This document shows positions 41,507 to 54,534 of a stretch of 64,000 nt of DNA, piece after piece. This stretch comes from Octopus vulgaris. Taxonomy: Eukaryota. The position numbers and the translations under genes were made by a program. The notes under the pieces were generated by a model, which saw only the letters and a list, made by a program, of their open reading frames with translations, was not told where the DNA came from and made no database searches. Each line of letters begins with the position of its first letter. Positions within the stretch are counted from its first letter, which is position 1. Location of the stretch: contig OX597818.1 in assembly GCA_951406725.2 (NCBI GenBank), forward strand, positions 13,826,001 to 13,890,000, read 5' to 3'.

Positions 41507-41963
41507 TATTCTAATCTACTAATATTACAAATGAATGCTACACTCTTTGAAGATTTGACAAACTAATTTAAAGAGTTGATTTCATGGTTTCCTCTGTGTT
41601 AGTAATTAGTATCTTTTTCATGTTTCGTTTGTGAGATAGTATGAAATATATATTTTTAAAAAAACCTTCTCCACTGTATAAGTTTGTTTTCAATATACTC
41701 CGTGACATACACAGATGTAGATTCCAAAGAAGATATGTGCGACTATGTGTGTGTGTGAGTGTGTGTGTGAATTCGTATTTATGAGCATAATTACATATAC
41801 ATGCATACAAACATACACAAACACACACATATATATACACATATGTAAGTAAATATATATATATATATATATATGTATATAATATATATATATATGCATA
41901 TATGATATATAAGTCTATCTATATATATATATATCTATATCTATATATCTATCTATCTATCTA

Positions 41964-42027
<64 letters not shown>

Positions 42028-42653
42028 AACTTTTCCACTGGACACTTTATCTACTCTTTATCTACCCTTTACGGATTCTCGTTTGGATATTTACCCTCCA
42101 GCTGCACCTCTCCTAAATACGGATCAATGTGCACTCTACCCTTGATGAGAAATCCTTGCAATACACCACGACGTCAAAAAACCTTTGAAATTTACGTAAA
42201 ACCGTTATTATTGTCATTACTTTATTTTTATCCTTATTTTTATACTATCTAAACTTTCCTGTATTGATCTTTCTGTCCGAGTCAGTCGCCATGCTAGATC
42301 ATTAGCCACTACACACATTTTTTTATCTCCTTGTTTTTCTGTGTCGAAACGTAAAATACTTTTTCTATTCCTGAGCGTTATACTAATACATCTGTTTGTT
42401 TTGTACACCACCTGTCTTCGTCTTTTGTTTTTTTCGTAAACTCTCCATATATATATATATGAAATAAGTTCTAAAATCGAAACAGCATCACAACAAAGGA
42501 ACAAACGGAGAATTTATACGCATACATACATATGTATGGATTTGATAAAATGAATTACTTTCTATGAGGTATTAAACAGTATTTTCTCTTGAGGTATTCG
42601 TATTTACAAAGTTTAAAACACAATACTAACGAAGCTTTTCTTGTATACATATA

Positions 42654-42735
42654 TACGGTATACAACACCCTTGATAAGGATCAAACAAATGACGTGCATA
42701 CGTGTAAGCATGCGTAAGTATCTGCGTGTGCGCGT

Positions 42736-42779
<44 letters not shown>

Positions 42780-42843
42780 TTACGCATGCTTACACATATG
42801 CACGTCATTTGTTTGATCTTTATCAAGGGTGTTGTATACCGTA
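42654..42843. repeat. 65-bp near-perfect inverted repeat around a (TA)n tract
   Basis: 42654-42718 versus 42779-42843, about 2 mismatches. Confidence 0.9.
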
Positions 42844-42974
42844 AATCATTTTGTTTCTCACCGAACCACCAATCTGATATGAATGTTCCAAGATTTACAT
42901 TGCCGATTCATCAACACCGGCGTTGGTGTGACATGTTTGAACGAGCAGCCGCGCACACTGAATAGGCTAAGATA

Positions 42975-43230
42975 AAGTAGTTGGAATTTACAAAAAGCAA
43001 AAGACGCAGGCAAGTGTTTAAACAACAAACATTATTATTATTTTAGCGCTATTACTGGTTTAACATTATTATTAGTTTAAGTGTATTGGTTTAACGACGG
43101 GAAGGTGAGAAAGTCTTTTACGTTTCGAGCCTACGCTCTTCAACGGAAAGGAACACGAGAAAATAAACAGTGAGAGAATAAGAAAAAGCTTTAGTGGCGA
43201 GCGGTCGATTATGGCAAAAACTGAGTAAGA
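42975..43230 (-). mobile_element. pLTR-like repeat family with mini hammerhead-like motif (related copies ~42260-42450 + and ~44710-44905 +)
   Basis: Minus 43115-43150: cttt-CCGTTGA-a-gagc-gtag-gctc-GAAAC-GTA-aaag. Plus 44765-44800: gttt-CTGAGGA-a-cagc-tcc-gctc-GAAACG. The 42340 copy keeps only tcgaaacgtaaaa. Confidence 0.55.
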
Positions 43231-44626
43231 AAACATAAGGAAAAAGTAGAAAGTTCCAAAAGTTCAGTTCACACACACACACGCATACACACACTCACAC
43301 ACAAAAATACTCGTACAGACACTTATGTACAGACAGACACACAAATGAGTATATACTGATAGATAGACACCTAGATAGTTATATAAGGACACAATCACAT
43401 ATACAGAGTGCAACTTCTGGTTGCATTTATTGACTTTTGTGAACTACATCTGCAAATATTATGAAGTAGGTCCGAGCCCGCTGAAACGGCTGCCGACATT
43501 CTAATATCATACCTTCTCCCCTTAATTGTGTGTGTGTATGTGTTAGTGGGTGTGTGTACATACCCACACTCACACACACACATTCATCATACATATCATA
43601 CATACGAGTAGGAGAATAGTGTTTATTTTATTGAGGTGATAGGTTCACTGCTATAAAATGAAAAAGGTCAGGTGTATGCAGGCAAGAAACTCACTGCGTT
43701 GTTCACGACTGGTATAAGCTATGGTCATTGAATAACCAGAGATAAATAAGATAGATAAAGTCATCGGGAGATAGCCAAGTGCAGTAACTCTCTATAACTA
43801 TGATGTGGATGAATGTTTGCGTGTATCATTACATATATATAAGTATATAATTTTAAAATGCACTAAATACTAAAAAACGTACACATAGGAGAGACACAGA
43901 CGGTCCCTAATTCTTCATCCGTTATCAGAACGTGTGGCGTTCAACAATAGATCTTCTAACGGGTATTTTCCTAATGGTTTCCTAAATTATTCGATCATGT
44001 AACTACCAACCTCTAATATCTATCTAATTGGGACTCATCTTGATACTAGTAATTACTAATATCATTGATTAAGGATATTCAATAAATGAAAAATGCATTA
44101 AATAGTAAAAAAAAAACGTACACAGGATAGACACAAGATTTTCTTCCCTGTTCTCTCTGTCGTTCTCTCTGTCGTTCTCTCTCTCCCCCTCTCTCACATC
44201 CTCCTCCCCTCGATCTACTGCCCTCACGTGACCTGTGACTAATTTCTCCATTTCTCTGCCTTTCGCCACCGGTCGCTTAGTTTGCCGGTTAAGACCCGTC
44301 ACGTCTCTTGCTATATTACTTTCTATATCTATTCAGCATTGCTTCCAGGCGTTACTCATCATACTTGTGTGTTTGGCCAAAAGGCTATATTTATTCTGTC
44401 TTCGCCAATGGTTTTAAATTACATTTGTTTATTTTCGTAAGTCCACACTGTATGCGAAATTCTCAGTCAGCGTTAAAGGCATGAAACTATGTGTTATTAT
44501 TTGGGTCGATAACTGGTGAAGAATTAGAGTCCTTCTACGTCCATCCTATACGTGCGTTTTTTACTATTTAATGCATTTTTCAATTATTAACTGAAACACA
44601 CGAATCCCGACTTTTGTTAACAGTAA

Positions 44627-44675
<49 letters not shown>

Positions 44676-44903
44676 TGTGTGTGTGTGGGGTGGGGGTGTA
44701 AATGCGTGTGTATCTTTAGCGATCTTCTTTCTCTTCTTCCCTTCCTTGGACCTTTCCTTTTTCTGTTTCTGAGGAACAGCTCCGCTCGAAACGATAAATC
44801 CTAAATCCTCCTTCTTTCTTTCCTTACTTTCTGAGCGTCCAATAACACTATACTTGTTCCACGCCCTCGAGTTGTTGTGTTTTCTCTTTGTTCATGTTTG
44901 TAT

Positions 44904-45038
<135 letters not shown>

Positions 45039-45469
45039 ATATATATATACGTATGTATATGGTATGTGTGTTTACGTGTGTGTGCCTGTATGTGCATCTA
45101 TGTACTGGCATATACATATACTACTCTACTGTCCCCTCACACTATCCTGTACTCTTCGAAGACCTTACATTTATATTCACCTCACATTCTCTTTAAAGAT
45201 GCAACTTGACACTTCTTTCATCTTTTATCGTGTTTTTTTTTCCTTCATACTTCAACAATGGATCTTCTAACTGATATTTTACTAATGGTTTCATAAATTC
45301 TTCGAGCATGTAGCTTCGAACCACTAATATCTATCTAATTTTCGCACTTCTTAGTACTCGTAATTACTGATATTATTGGTTAAAGATATTCTTTATTTAG
45401 TTCTCTCTCTCATTTTCTTTTTCTCTCTCCTTCTCTATAATGGCAGAATAGTTAACTTATGTAGAAAAC

Positions 45470-46340
45470 GAACTCGGAATCTTGGGGATAGTAGCCCGCC
45501 CTCTTAACCACTACGCTATATGTCCGTGGACATATAAGTCCATGACAGAAGAAAAATGAAGGCTTTCCTATCCGCGTAGGACTCGAACCCCCAACCCTTT
45601 ATTAGACTATTAACCTTTAGCATTGCACAGGGATCACCATAAGTTTAAGCTTATATAAATACCATTTTATTATTTACAGGATTATGAAACACGGCGCCGT
45701 GATGAAGGCTGGAGGATATATCAACCGAAATGTTGTAACAACAAACAAGATGAGGACAAATATCTATCAAATGTAAATAATGTATACTGCGACGTGTTTT
45801 ACAATCCTGTAAATAATAATAATGCTACTCATATAAGCTTAAGCTTGTGGCGAAAAGCATGCAATGACTAAGGAATATGATCTATTAAATAAGCATGTAA
45901 GCTCACGACAGAAAATAAGAAGGTTTTCCTATCTGCGTGGGATTCGAACCCTCATCCCTTTATTAGACTATTTTACGTAGTCATTGCATTGTGATCGCCA
46001 TGAGCTTTAAGCTTATATAAATACCATTACTATTATTTACAGGATTATAAAACACCGCGCCGTACATTAAAACCATTGGCATCAAAAAGCAAATAGAAAA
46101 TTTGTTTACATAAAACAAACACGAAGTAATATAGTTCTTAAATTTGACAGAAACAGGGAGGTTAATTTGCTGGTGTAAAGGTAACACACTTAGTCGAGTT
46201 AACAGAGAGAATTAGAGTCCCAAGCAGATAGGAAAGTTTTCTTTCTCTGTCGTGAGCCATATGCCCCTTTATTCGACTATTTCCCATGGTCATTGCACGA
46301 TGAACGTGATAGCTTTCATCTTATATAAATACCATTATTA
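45470..46340. repeat. Cluster of direct and inverted ~160-bp units with tRNA B-box-like motifs and a hammerhead-like relic (45697-45737)
   Basis: Units at 45540-45700 and 45900-46065 are direct, 45780-45900 is inverted and 46205-46340 is mixed. Motifs gggattcgaaccc and GTGATGA-a-ggctg..caacc-GAAAT-GTT. Confidence 0.6.
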
Positions 46341-46456
46341 TACCATTATTAAAACATATATACACACATATGTATATATATAAGTATACACACACTCACA
46401 CACACACATACATACACACACACATACACACACACACGGAAACTCACACCCACACC

Positions 46457-46523
<67 letters not shown>

Positions 46524-47389
46524 ACATGTGTGTATATATATGATATATATGTATATACTTATATATATATACAACACCTATTATTATATTTCAATCTCTA
46601 TTAGCGCCCTCGTACTTTTTTTCATTCCCCTTATCTTCACTATTTTGCCATCCTTCTAATTTTTCAAATATTTATTCACTTTTCATACGACTGTTGCTAA
46701 AATTGACCTATTTTTTTCTTTTTACTAATCCCATTCCCCTCATCCTGCACCAATCACTAACAATTTTTGAATTGCCTCTCCACATTTTATTCATTAATCG
46801 CCCTTTCTTTTAGCAATTTCTTATTCCACTCTTTATAATAAGAGTTAAGTTTTCCTAATATCATAAGTAAATTTATGTGAAATCTTGCATGGCTATGTCG
46901 CGCTAGGATTTCAGTCTTATTCGCTTGTCTGAACCACTTTTACACCAAATATAGTTACTGATTATCCTATCAGCTATGTCCACTACGCTAACAGTTCTTT
47001 CTTCTACTGCGGTGAACTAATCTTTAATACAAAGTTTTCTGTACGACGCTTGATAAATTCACTCTTCCCTCTCTTACTCCCTATTACTCTTTCTCACTCC
47101 TTCTTCCACACTTTCTATTTCTCTCTCTTTCTCTCACTCAATTCCCTCTTTTTTCACTCCCTCTATTTTAATTAGTATTATTGTTCGTCTTTCCTCCCTT
47201 ATTCGTTTACACGCATCTGCGCACGCGCACACCGCACATTATAAATATGGAAGCACACACATGCACACTCATCTATATATACGTATATGTATGTATGTAT
47301 GTATACATGTATGTATGTATATATATATATATATAAATATATATATTATATATATAAATATTATATATATATATATATAAATATTATGT

Positions 47390-47449
<60 letters not shown>

Positions 47450-47461
47450 TATATATGTATG

Positions 47462-47533
<72 letters not shown>

Positions 47534-48204
47534 TATGAATATAATTCTATCTTTTAGACCACACTTTTTTCTGCTGTCCATTTTAGATTCGATATGTCAC
47601 GATATAAATCTTGTTGCATTTATTATTCTTGTGTCATCTTCCTCTTCTTGTTTTCCTCTCTGTATTTCTACTTCTTTTTATATAGTTATCGTCCTTTTTC
47701 TCCATTACTAGTGTTACAAATTATCACCATTCCAGAAATGTACTTTTGCGTACACTTTATACGTTGCTCAAAGGTCATAGACGTTTACTTAACCAAATAT
47801 TAGAACATTAATTTTTATTCACCGCGCCTTCGCCAAATATTTATCATCGTATCAGCTACCAAACACGACTAAATAATAGATTTCATGAACAGCAACTCAA
47901 AGTACAGCCAAATCCACAGTGATGTATGAAGTTTACTCAATAAGTGTCTCACACACACACACACGCAGCCACACACATAAACACACGCACACACATGAAC
48001 ATATGTATACATAAGTATACATATACATATACATATGTATGTATATATACATACGTATACACACTCGCGCACGCACTTATATGTGTGTATGTGTGCATAT
48101 GTGTGTGCGCGTGTGTGTGTGTGTGCATACAGGCTGCAAGTCATATTTGAGTGTACTTATCAGTGTATTATTCTCTTCAAACAACTCTAAAGTTTACAAT
48201 TTCT

Positions 48205-49330
48205 CTCAGGGCTGCCATCGTAGATAAAATACTAACACAAGAAATGAAAAGACATTCACTCGTTGTGGCCATATATGCGAGAAAATAAGTGATTGAGAAA
48301 TTGCCAACCTTCTAAGTGTTGCCAAATCTTTTGCACACAGCGCCTGGATGGAATTGCAACTCTGTAGCGTGAATATTTCTTTTGTGTCAAAGAGAAAGGA
48401 TCAGTCAATAGAAGAACAAGTAATGCGACCACTGGGTTCAAAACATTACCGATAATGATCTGAGGAAATCTATAAGGAACTTTCCAAAGAAGGTTTGGGT
48501 GTCAAGTGGACTATCAGACCTGTGGTGAATGCGGACGTTCGATACAAGCCATGTATACCTAGGAGATTAATATCTAGAAAGAGAAAGGAAAACTATTTGA
48601 TCCTTGACTAATGGCTACTTAAGAATAGTATAAAGCCACGTAAACATGGCGTTCATTGATTCTTCTCCGATGCAATAAACGTCGACCACAAACAAAATTC
48701 TAACGGTATAAAAGAGAGATAGTAATGTGCAAACCTTTCTGGTGTCTGTTGATTGAGGCCCACTAACTTTCCAGGAAATGTAACGGTTGTAAAATCCATG
48801 AGTAACGAAGGTCATGTAATTCAGACTCATATTTTTTCGACAATGTCGTAGTAGATTTAATGCTAATGGATACGTTCAGGTGTCAGAGTCAGTTGCTGAT
48901 TCGTGAGTGAATGTAATGCGGAGTAGGAAACCATCTATGTTTCAATTAGTTTCAAAGCTTTCTCACAAAAACAAGTAGCCCAAAGATGATTGTCAGATGT
49001 TCTTTACGATTACATAGCACGAAAGTTCTGTCCGGCAAACAGGATAGATTTAAATCCCATGAACTTCTAAATGTAGAGCGCTGTTGAAAGGGTGATCAAT
49101 AAACTTGCTCATGATAACTCACATCACTCAAGGCAGCAATTGTCTATGTGATGCCCGAAATGAATAAGGACCACTTTGTGCAGATGCATGAACGATTCCA
49201 TCTCCCATTAAAATAGTTATCGTCGATGGATGTCGATTCATGAAATAAACTTATAGGAAATTTTATTGTGAATATATGCAAACTATATCATCTTGATATA
49301 TTATAATTTTTTCAAATCCTCCGTGAAAGC
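48205..49330 (+). mobile_element. maT/DD37D-like Tc1-mariner transposase relic
   Basis: TIRPVVNADVRYKP, FQLVSKLSHK, FCPANRIDLNPMNF*M*SAVERVINKLAHDN and LKAAIVYVMPEMNKDHFV match the WPPxSPDLNPLD C-terminal region. Confidence 0.6.
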
Positions 49331-49332
49331 GC

Positions 49333-49957
49333 TCGGCAGCAAATAAAAATGTCGACCAATTTCAGAATTACTAAAATCAGATTAAGAAAAATATGCAGGG
49401 TAGGAAAAGTATGGAAATTATTGTACCAGTAGCCTAGCATGTCTAAAATAGTCAATAGAGTATATTTTTCATATAAAATTAGTGTGCATTTAAGCGCAAA
49501 AGAGGTGACCCTAGCAAGACACCTTACATGTTAGAGGGAATAGTCAAAACCAAACCACAAGATGAGACATGCTATTTTGTCTCATAATTATATGTTAATC
49601 TTTGACGTACACGCTCATAAGAACTTCGCCTAGCAAATTATTTTATTTGTTACTTAAAGTTCGAAATCTTGGTCCGGTAAGAAAATGCGGTAAATGTTTT
49701 TATTTTTCATTCTCTTCGAAATTGCTCTTAACTATTGTTTGGATCTCACTGTTCCTTCTAGCATTAAGTGTCTTGCTAGGGTCATCTCTTTTGTGTTTGA
49801 ATATACGCTTATTTTATATGAAAAATATATTGTCTATTGACTATTATATACATGATAGGCCACTGGTAGAAAATTCTATAATTTTCCTACCCTGTATATT
49901 TTTCTTAATATGATTTTAGTAATTTTGAAGTGGGTAAACATATTTATTTGCTGCCGA
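49333..49957. mobile_element. MITE/foldback element with ~230-bp inverted arms
   Basis: tcggcagcaaataa...ttatttgctgccga termini. 49333-49560 pairs with 49733-49957. Confidence 0.8.
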
Positions 49958-49982
49958 CTAAAACTGCGCTTGCGAAATCCAC

Positions 49983-51030
49983 TGTAGGAATACACTTGAC
50001 CAAACGACTATAAATAGCATCTGTCTGCGTCGTAGAGAGTAGACGTTAATCGCAGGGAGTCTTAAGGTGTCGTTTTGGTAGTTTGTCGGAATATCGTTTG
50101 TTGGTTCGTGGTGATTTTGTTGGATTGTTGCGTTGTTGTTACCCTACATCGTTATATGTTTATTGTTAATACACGCTTATAGTGCAAACAAGTATTGTCA
50201 TAAATAGTGTTGAAACTACAATAATTGGTGAAGAGGATTCGAAGTTCACGCAGGTCAGTTAACAAATGTTTGTGATATAAAGTGTTAATAATGGAATACC
50301 TATTAGATTCTATAATATAGTTGCGAAAACAGCAGCAAAGTATATAAGAACGGTAAAGAGAGTTGGCAGGATGGTGTGATGACTAAAAGAACTGGAAACA
50401 TGAGGTATTTAATATAAGGGTAACGATAGGAACATAAGCGATACCTAAATCAATTTAAAATCCGACCTACAGAGGAAGGGAAGGAAATTTGAATGGAAGT
50501 GTTTTACGTGCGCGATGTACTAGCACCGAAAGAATTTGCACCTAGAAGGAGCAGAAAGTGTAAACAGAAAATGTAAACAGAAAGAACACTTAGAAATAAT
50601 TCCTCAGTGGAAAAGGTACTGAACTCACTAGGAAAGAAAAATTGCAAAAAGGGAAATGTGTCGGAAATAATGTAGAAAAAATTATAAATTATAAAACAAA
50701 TTTCGTTTCCTACTGATGTCGAAATCTCAAAAAGGGAGATGTGGCTAGGGTCACAACACCTACTGCGAGTATAGACTTGACCGAAAAACTATAAATATTA
50801 GCGGTCTGAATCGTAGAGAGTAGGCGTTAATCGCAGGAAGTCATAAGGTGCTCTTTTGGTAGCTTGTCGAAATATCATTTGTTGGCTTGTGTATACTTGC
50901 TGGTGAGTGTGTTGGTGTGTTGCATTGTTGTTACCTTACTTCACCAATGTTTATTGTTACTACACGGTTATAGTGTAAATAAGTATTGTCATAAATAGTG
51001 ACGATACTAAAATAATTGGTGACGACTAAC
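49983..51030 (+). mobile_element. Old non-autonomous LTR unit (TRIM-like): LTR, PBS, short internal region, PPT, LTR
   Basis: Diverged direct repeats ~49990-50235 and ~50770-51025. TGGTGA follows each repeat (50226, 51017). Purine run aaaaagggaga precedes TGT at 50740. Confidence 0.6.
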
Positions 51031-51832
51031 TGCGTTGTAATATGTAAGTTCACACAAATGAAGTAGTATATGAAATTGAGTTGATAGAAATCGAATACAG
51101 TGGAAATGTTAAAGCTATAAATGTAGATAAAAATAGCTTGATTTATTTTGTTAAAACCCTTCAACAAATAAAACTTAAAATGAGTTAGTTATTGTTTTTG
51201 CTCCGTTGTCCCTCGTGTCAAAATTATTTTTACAAACCTTTAGGAACTATTTTTTTGTATATCTATAGGTGAAACGCATGTATTTATGCATTAGTGGATG
51301 AATAACGAATGTCCCTATAATATTTTAACAAACAAATAAGCATCTGATTAAAATAAATGAGTTGACCGTTAATATTGGGAAAGCGGGGGTTATCCCTAGT
51401 CCTCCATTACACTGCTCCATGTCCTATCCCGCTTCCTGTTCAGTTCCCGTCTTTATGCCCAACCAGTCATTTATGGTGATATGTTATTGCTAAAATTAGG
51501 TATTAAAAACTATTAATTCGATTAGAGGGTGAATAAAGATTGTCCCTATATTATTTTAACAAACGAATATGCATAAAATTAATTAGATAAATCGATACAC
51601 TTACAAATACATAGTCCCCGTATATTGTAAAATCCCACAATGTGTGACAGCAAATGGGAAGACCCTACAAAAGTAGAGATACAGACAGCTATAGGACGTC
51701 ACAAAAACAGTCACACACACACATACACATTACCACACACAAATTTACAAACGTACACGCAGGTAATCACCAGGTGAAAATGATATAGTAGACATATGTA
51801 TGTATGTACATATCTATGTATATATATATATA

Positions 51833-51879
<47 letters not shown>

Positions 51880-51906
51880 TACATACATAAATATATACAT
51901 ATATAC

Positions 51907-51956
<50 letters not shown>

Positions 51957-52443
51957 GTTACTTTGCGATGTATACCAGAAGAGCTACCTACGCCTCTCTA
52001 CTTAAATCTACGTATTCATCACATCACCATTTTGTATGTGTGTTTTGTAGCTATGTATTTAGGAAAGTATGTATGCAGCGGCACGTGTGTGTGACAGCTA
52101 TATTAACATTAATATCCCATTGACACCACTGTTTTCGCCTCCACTGATATAAGTCACCCTCACGCTGCTACTACGTTCCCTACAACTAATACTTATTGCA
52201 AGCTTCTCATTTTAACACACAACTCACCCAACGTCCCTGGGGAGCACACTGAAGATTTCTATTGAAATCGAAGTAGATTATTATGGAACTGGATGACAGT
52301 GTAACAAGAATGCAAAGTTTCATGGATATTAGTTTTCTGATTTAGACAGTGACAGACAGACTGACAGACGGAAATGGATATCTGTATATTATATATATAT
52401 ATATACATATATATTTATATGGAAATAGATATGTATATACATA

Positions 52444-52522
<79 letters not shown>

Positions 52523-52623
52523 TGGGAACCAAAACAATAAATAGGACATTTACTGAATTCAATCATTAAATGATAAATTCCATTCACTTCCATTACTTTA
52601 TACAAATAAATGACAGATCTCAT

Positions 52624-52712
52624 AAATTACAGCAGTTTCAACGCCAGTAGTAAAACAAGTTTTTCAAGAATAATAAAATACCATTTAAATATAATGAGGT
52701 TTCCTCAGATAG
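52624..52712 (-). ncRNA. Degenerate hammerhead relic in a TA-flanked element
   Basis: Minus strand: CTGAGGA-aac...gtt-GAAAC-tgct-GTA. Stem I is weak. Confidence 0.35.
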
Positions 52713-53030
52713 ACATATATTTTAAAATATCTCACGAAACATCGCTATTGAAAAATTTTATAACTGCTAACGCTTTTTACAAAATGCTTTGGTACAGCGA
52801 ACTTAATCATGAATAAATAATCTAAATGAAATTTCGTAAATTCTTAAATTTAAATCTATTAGTATCTATTTCTATAACCGCATTTGTTGCATAATACACA
52901 CTTTCATATAGACATATTTATATATACATACACCTATCCGTTTATGTATATATACATAAACATAGACGTACGTATACATTCATGCATATTCACATACACA
53001 AGTTTACTTATTCATCTATCTATTTATCTG

Positions 53031-53114
<84 letters not shown>

Positions 53115-53299
53115 CATATATATATACATATATACAATATGCATACATAAACAATTTCATACACACATGCATATATGTATTTATGGTAAAGTTATGTATG
53201 TGTATGCATGCAAGATTGTGTGTATATGTATGTATATATGTCTATATAAGTATAAATATGTATGTATGTGTGTGTGTATATCTACACGCCACGACATGA

Positions 53300-53690
53300 T
53301 ACTCTGCATTTTTAATAATCAGTTTGTCAAAACCAAACCACCCAATCCCACTCCACTGCACTCATTTGACAGAATAAACTTCTACAAAGCGGACTGGGGA
53401 GCAACCAGAAAGGATCTGTCCCTCATCGACTGGTCATTCATTTTCAGTTCCTCTCACATAGAGACTGTATGGAAGCATTTTGAGAATATTGCCACCTATA
53501 CATGCTCAAAACACGCTCCTACGAAATCCCCTAACACAAACAGAAATCGGTACCCTAGAAAGAATAAAACACTCATCTGGCGCATCGAAAGACTCAATAA
53601 AAAATCAACCAGTTAAAATACTCCCACATACAACAACATTGAAAATGCTGGAGTCGGAAAAACTTCATCTGCAGACCAACACAAATTAGA
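53300..53690 (+). mobile_element. CR1-type LINE ORF2 fragment (endonuclease-RT linker)
   Basis: SFDRINFYKADW...LSLIDWSFIF...KHAP...RYPRKNKTLIWRIERLNKK...LESEKLHLQ, homologous to [19 protein letters not shown]...LESKKYNLQ at ~59600-59735. Confidence 0.75.
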
Positions 53691-54096
53691 TTAAACAAGG
53701 AAACATTCTTCCTTGAAAAATATAAGCCTGAACTTAACCATCCTAACATTCTTATATAGAGAAACTCATCTCATAAAAAAAAGAAAAATATTAAGCGATT
53801 ATCTCCCTTATACCGCCTGGAACTCTTCTTTGCACTTCATAATGAAGACATGATATGATGTAGGTAAAGAAATTTGAGAAATTTGAACAGTTTACACGAA
53901 ACGGGTTATTTCTCAAAAATGTATGTTACTATACGCAAAATTTTATAACATTTTTCTAACATAACGACTTAAATATATTCCTTAACCTTATAAAACAAGC
54001 CTTCTGTAGTTTTTTCACTGTTTTCTATTTTTTATACATCCAAAAACGTGCTTTCACACACCAACTTTCTCACGTATATATATATATATATATATA

Positions 54097-54533
54097 ATAG
54101 AAATATTAAAATTACTAAGACTTGCTAAAGGAGATTACGGCAGCGCGACTGGATATTAATAGTTATCGCCATACTAATATGGCAGTCTTATAAATATAAA
54201 GACTTAGTAATTTTAATATTTCTGTTATTGGAAACAAGTGGATGTATTCCACTGTAAGTAGGTAAATAAAATCTTCGAACAGATGGTCAGTAGCGACACC
54301 TGCTGAGTCTGACTACGCTGCATTGATAAAGGGCAACAAACCTGAAACATGTCTGCAGATGTCTGACTAGCAAGGTGAAGCGGCTGACCTCCCCTGTTCG
54401 AAGGTTGTAATGGACGCAGGTTCATGTGTCATATAGCTAGCTAGAGGCGATGGCCTCTTGGAGCTAATCAACGACAGTTTTAGTCTTATATTTATAAGAC
54501 TGCCATATTAGTATGGCGATAACTATTAATATA
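54097..54533. mobile_element. TA-flanked element with interlocked inverted repeats and a hammerhead
   Basis: 54097-54119 pairs with 54203-54225, and ~54153-54204 pairs with ~54482-54532. Confidence 0.7.
54318..54358 (+). ncRNA. Minimal type I hammerhead, U3-A8 core variant
   Basis: ctgca-TTGATAA-agg-gcaacaaa-cct-GAAAC-AT-GTC-tgcag. All three stems pair, and stem III is the palindrome ACATGT. Confidence 0.65.
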
Positions 54534-54534
54534 T

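Noticed and set aside
52245-52280. ctgaa-gatttc/gaaatc-gaag hairpin
   Set aside because: The core is incomplete on both sides. At most a remnant.
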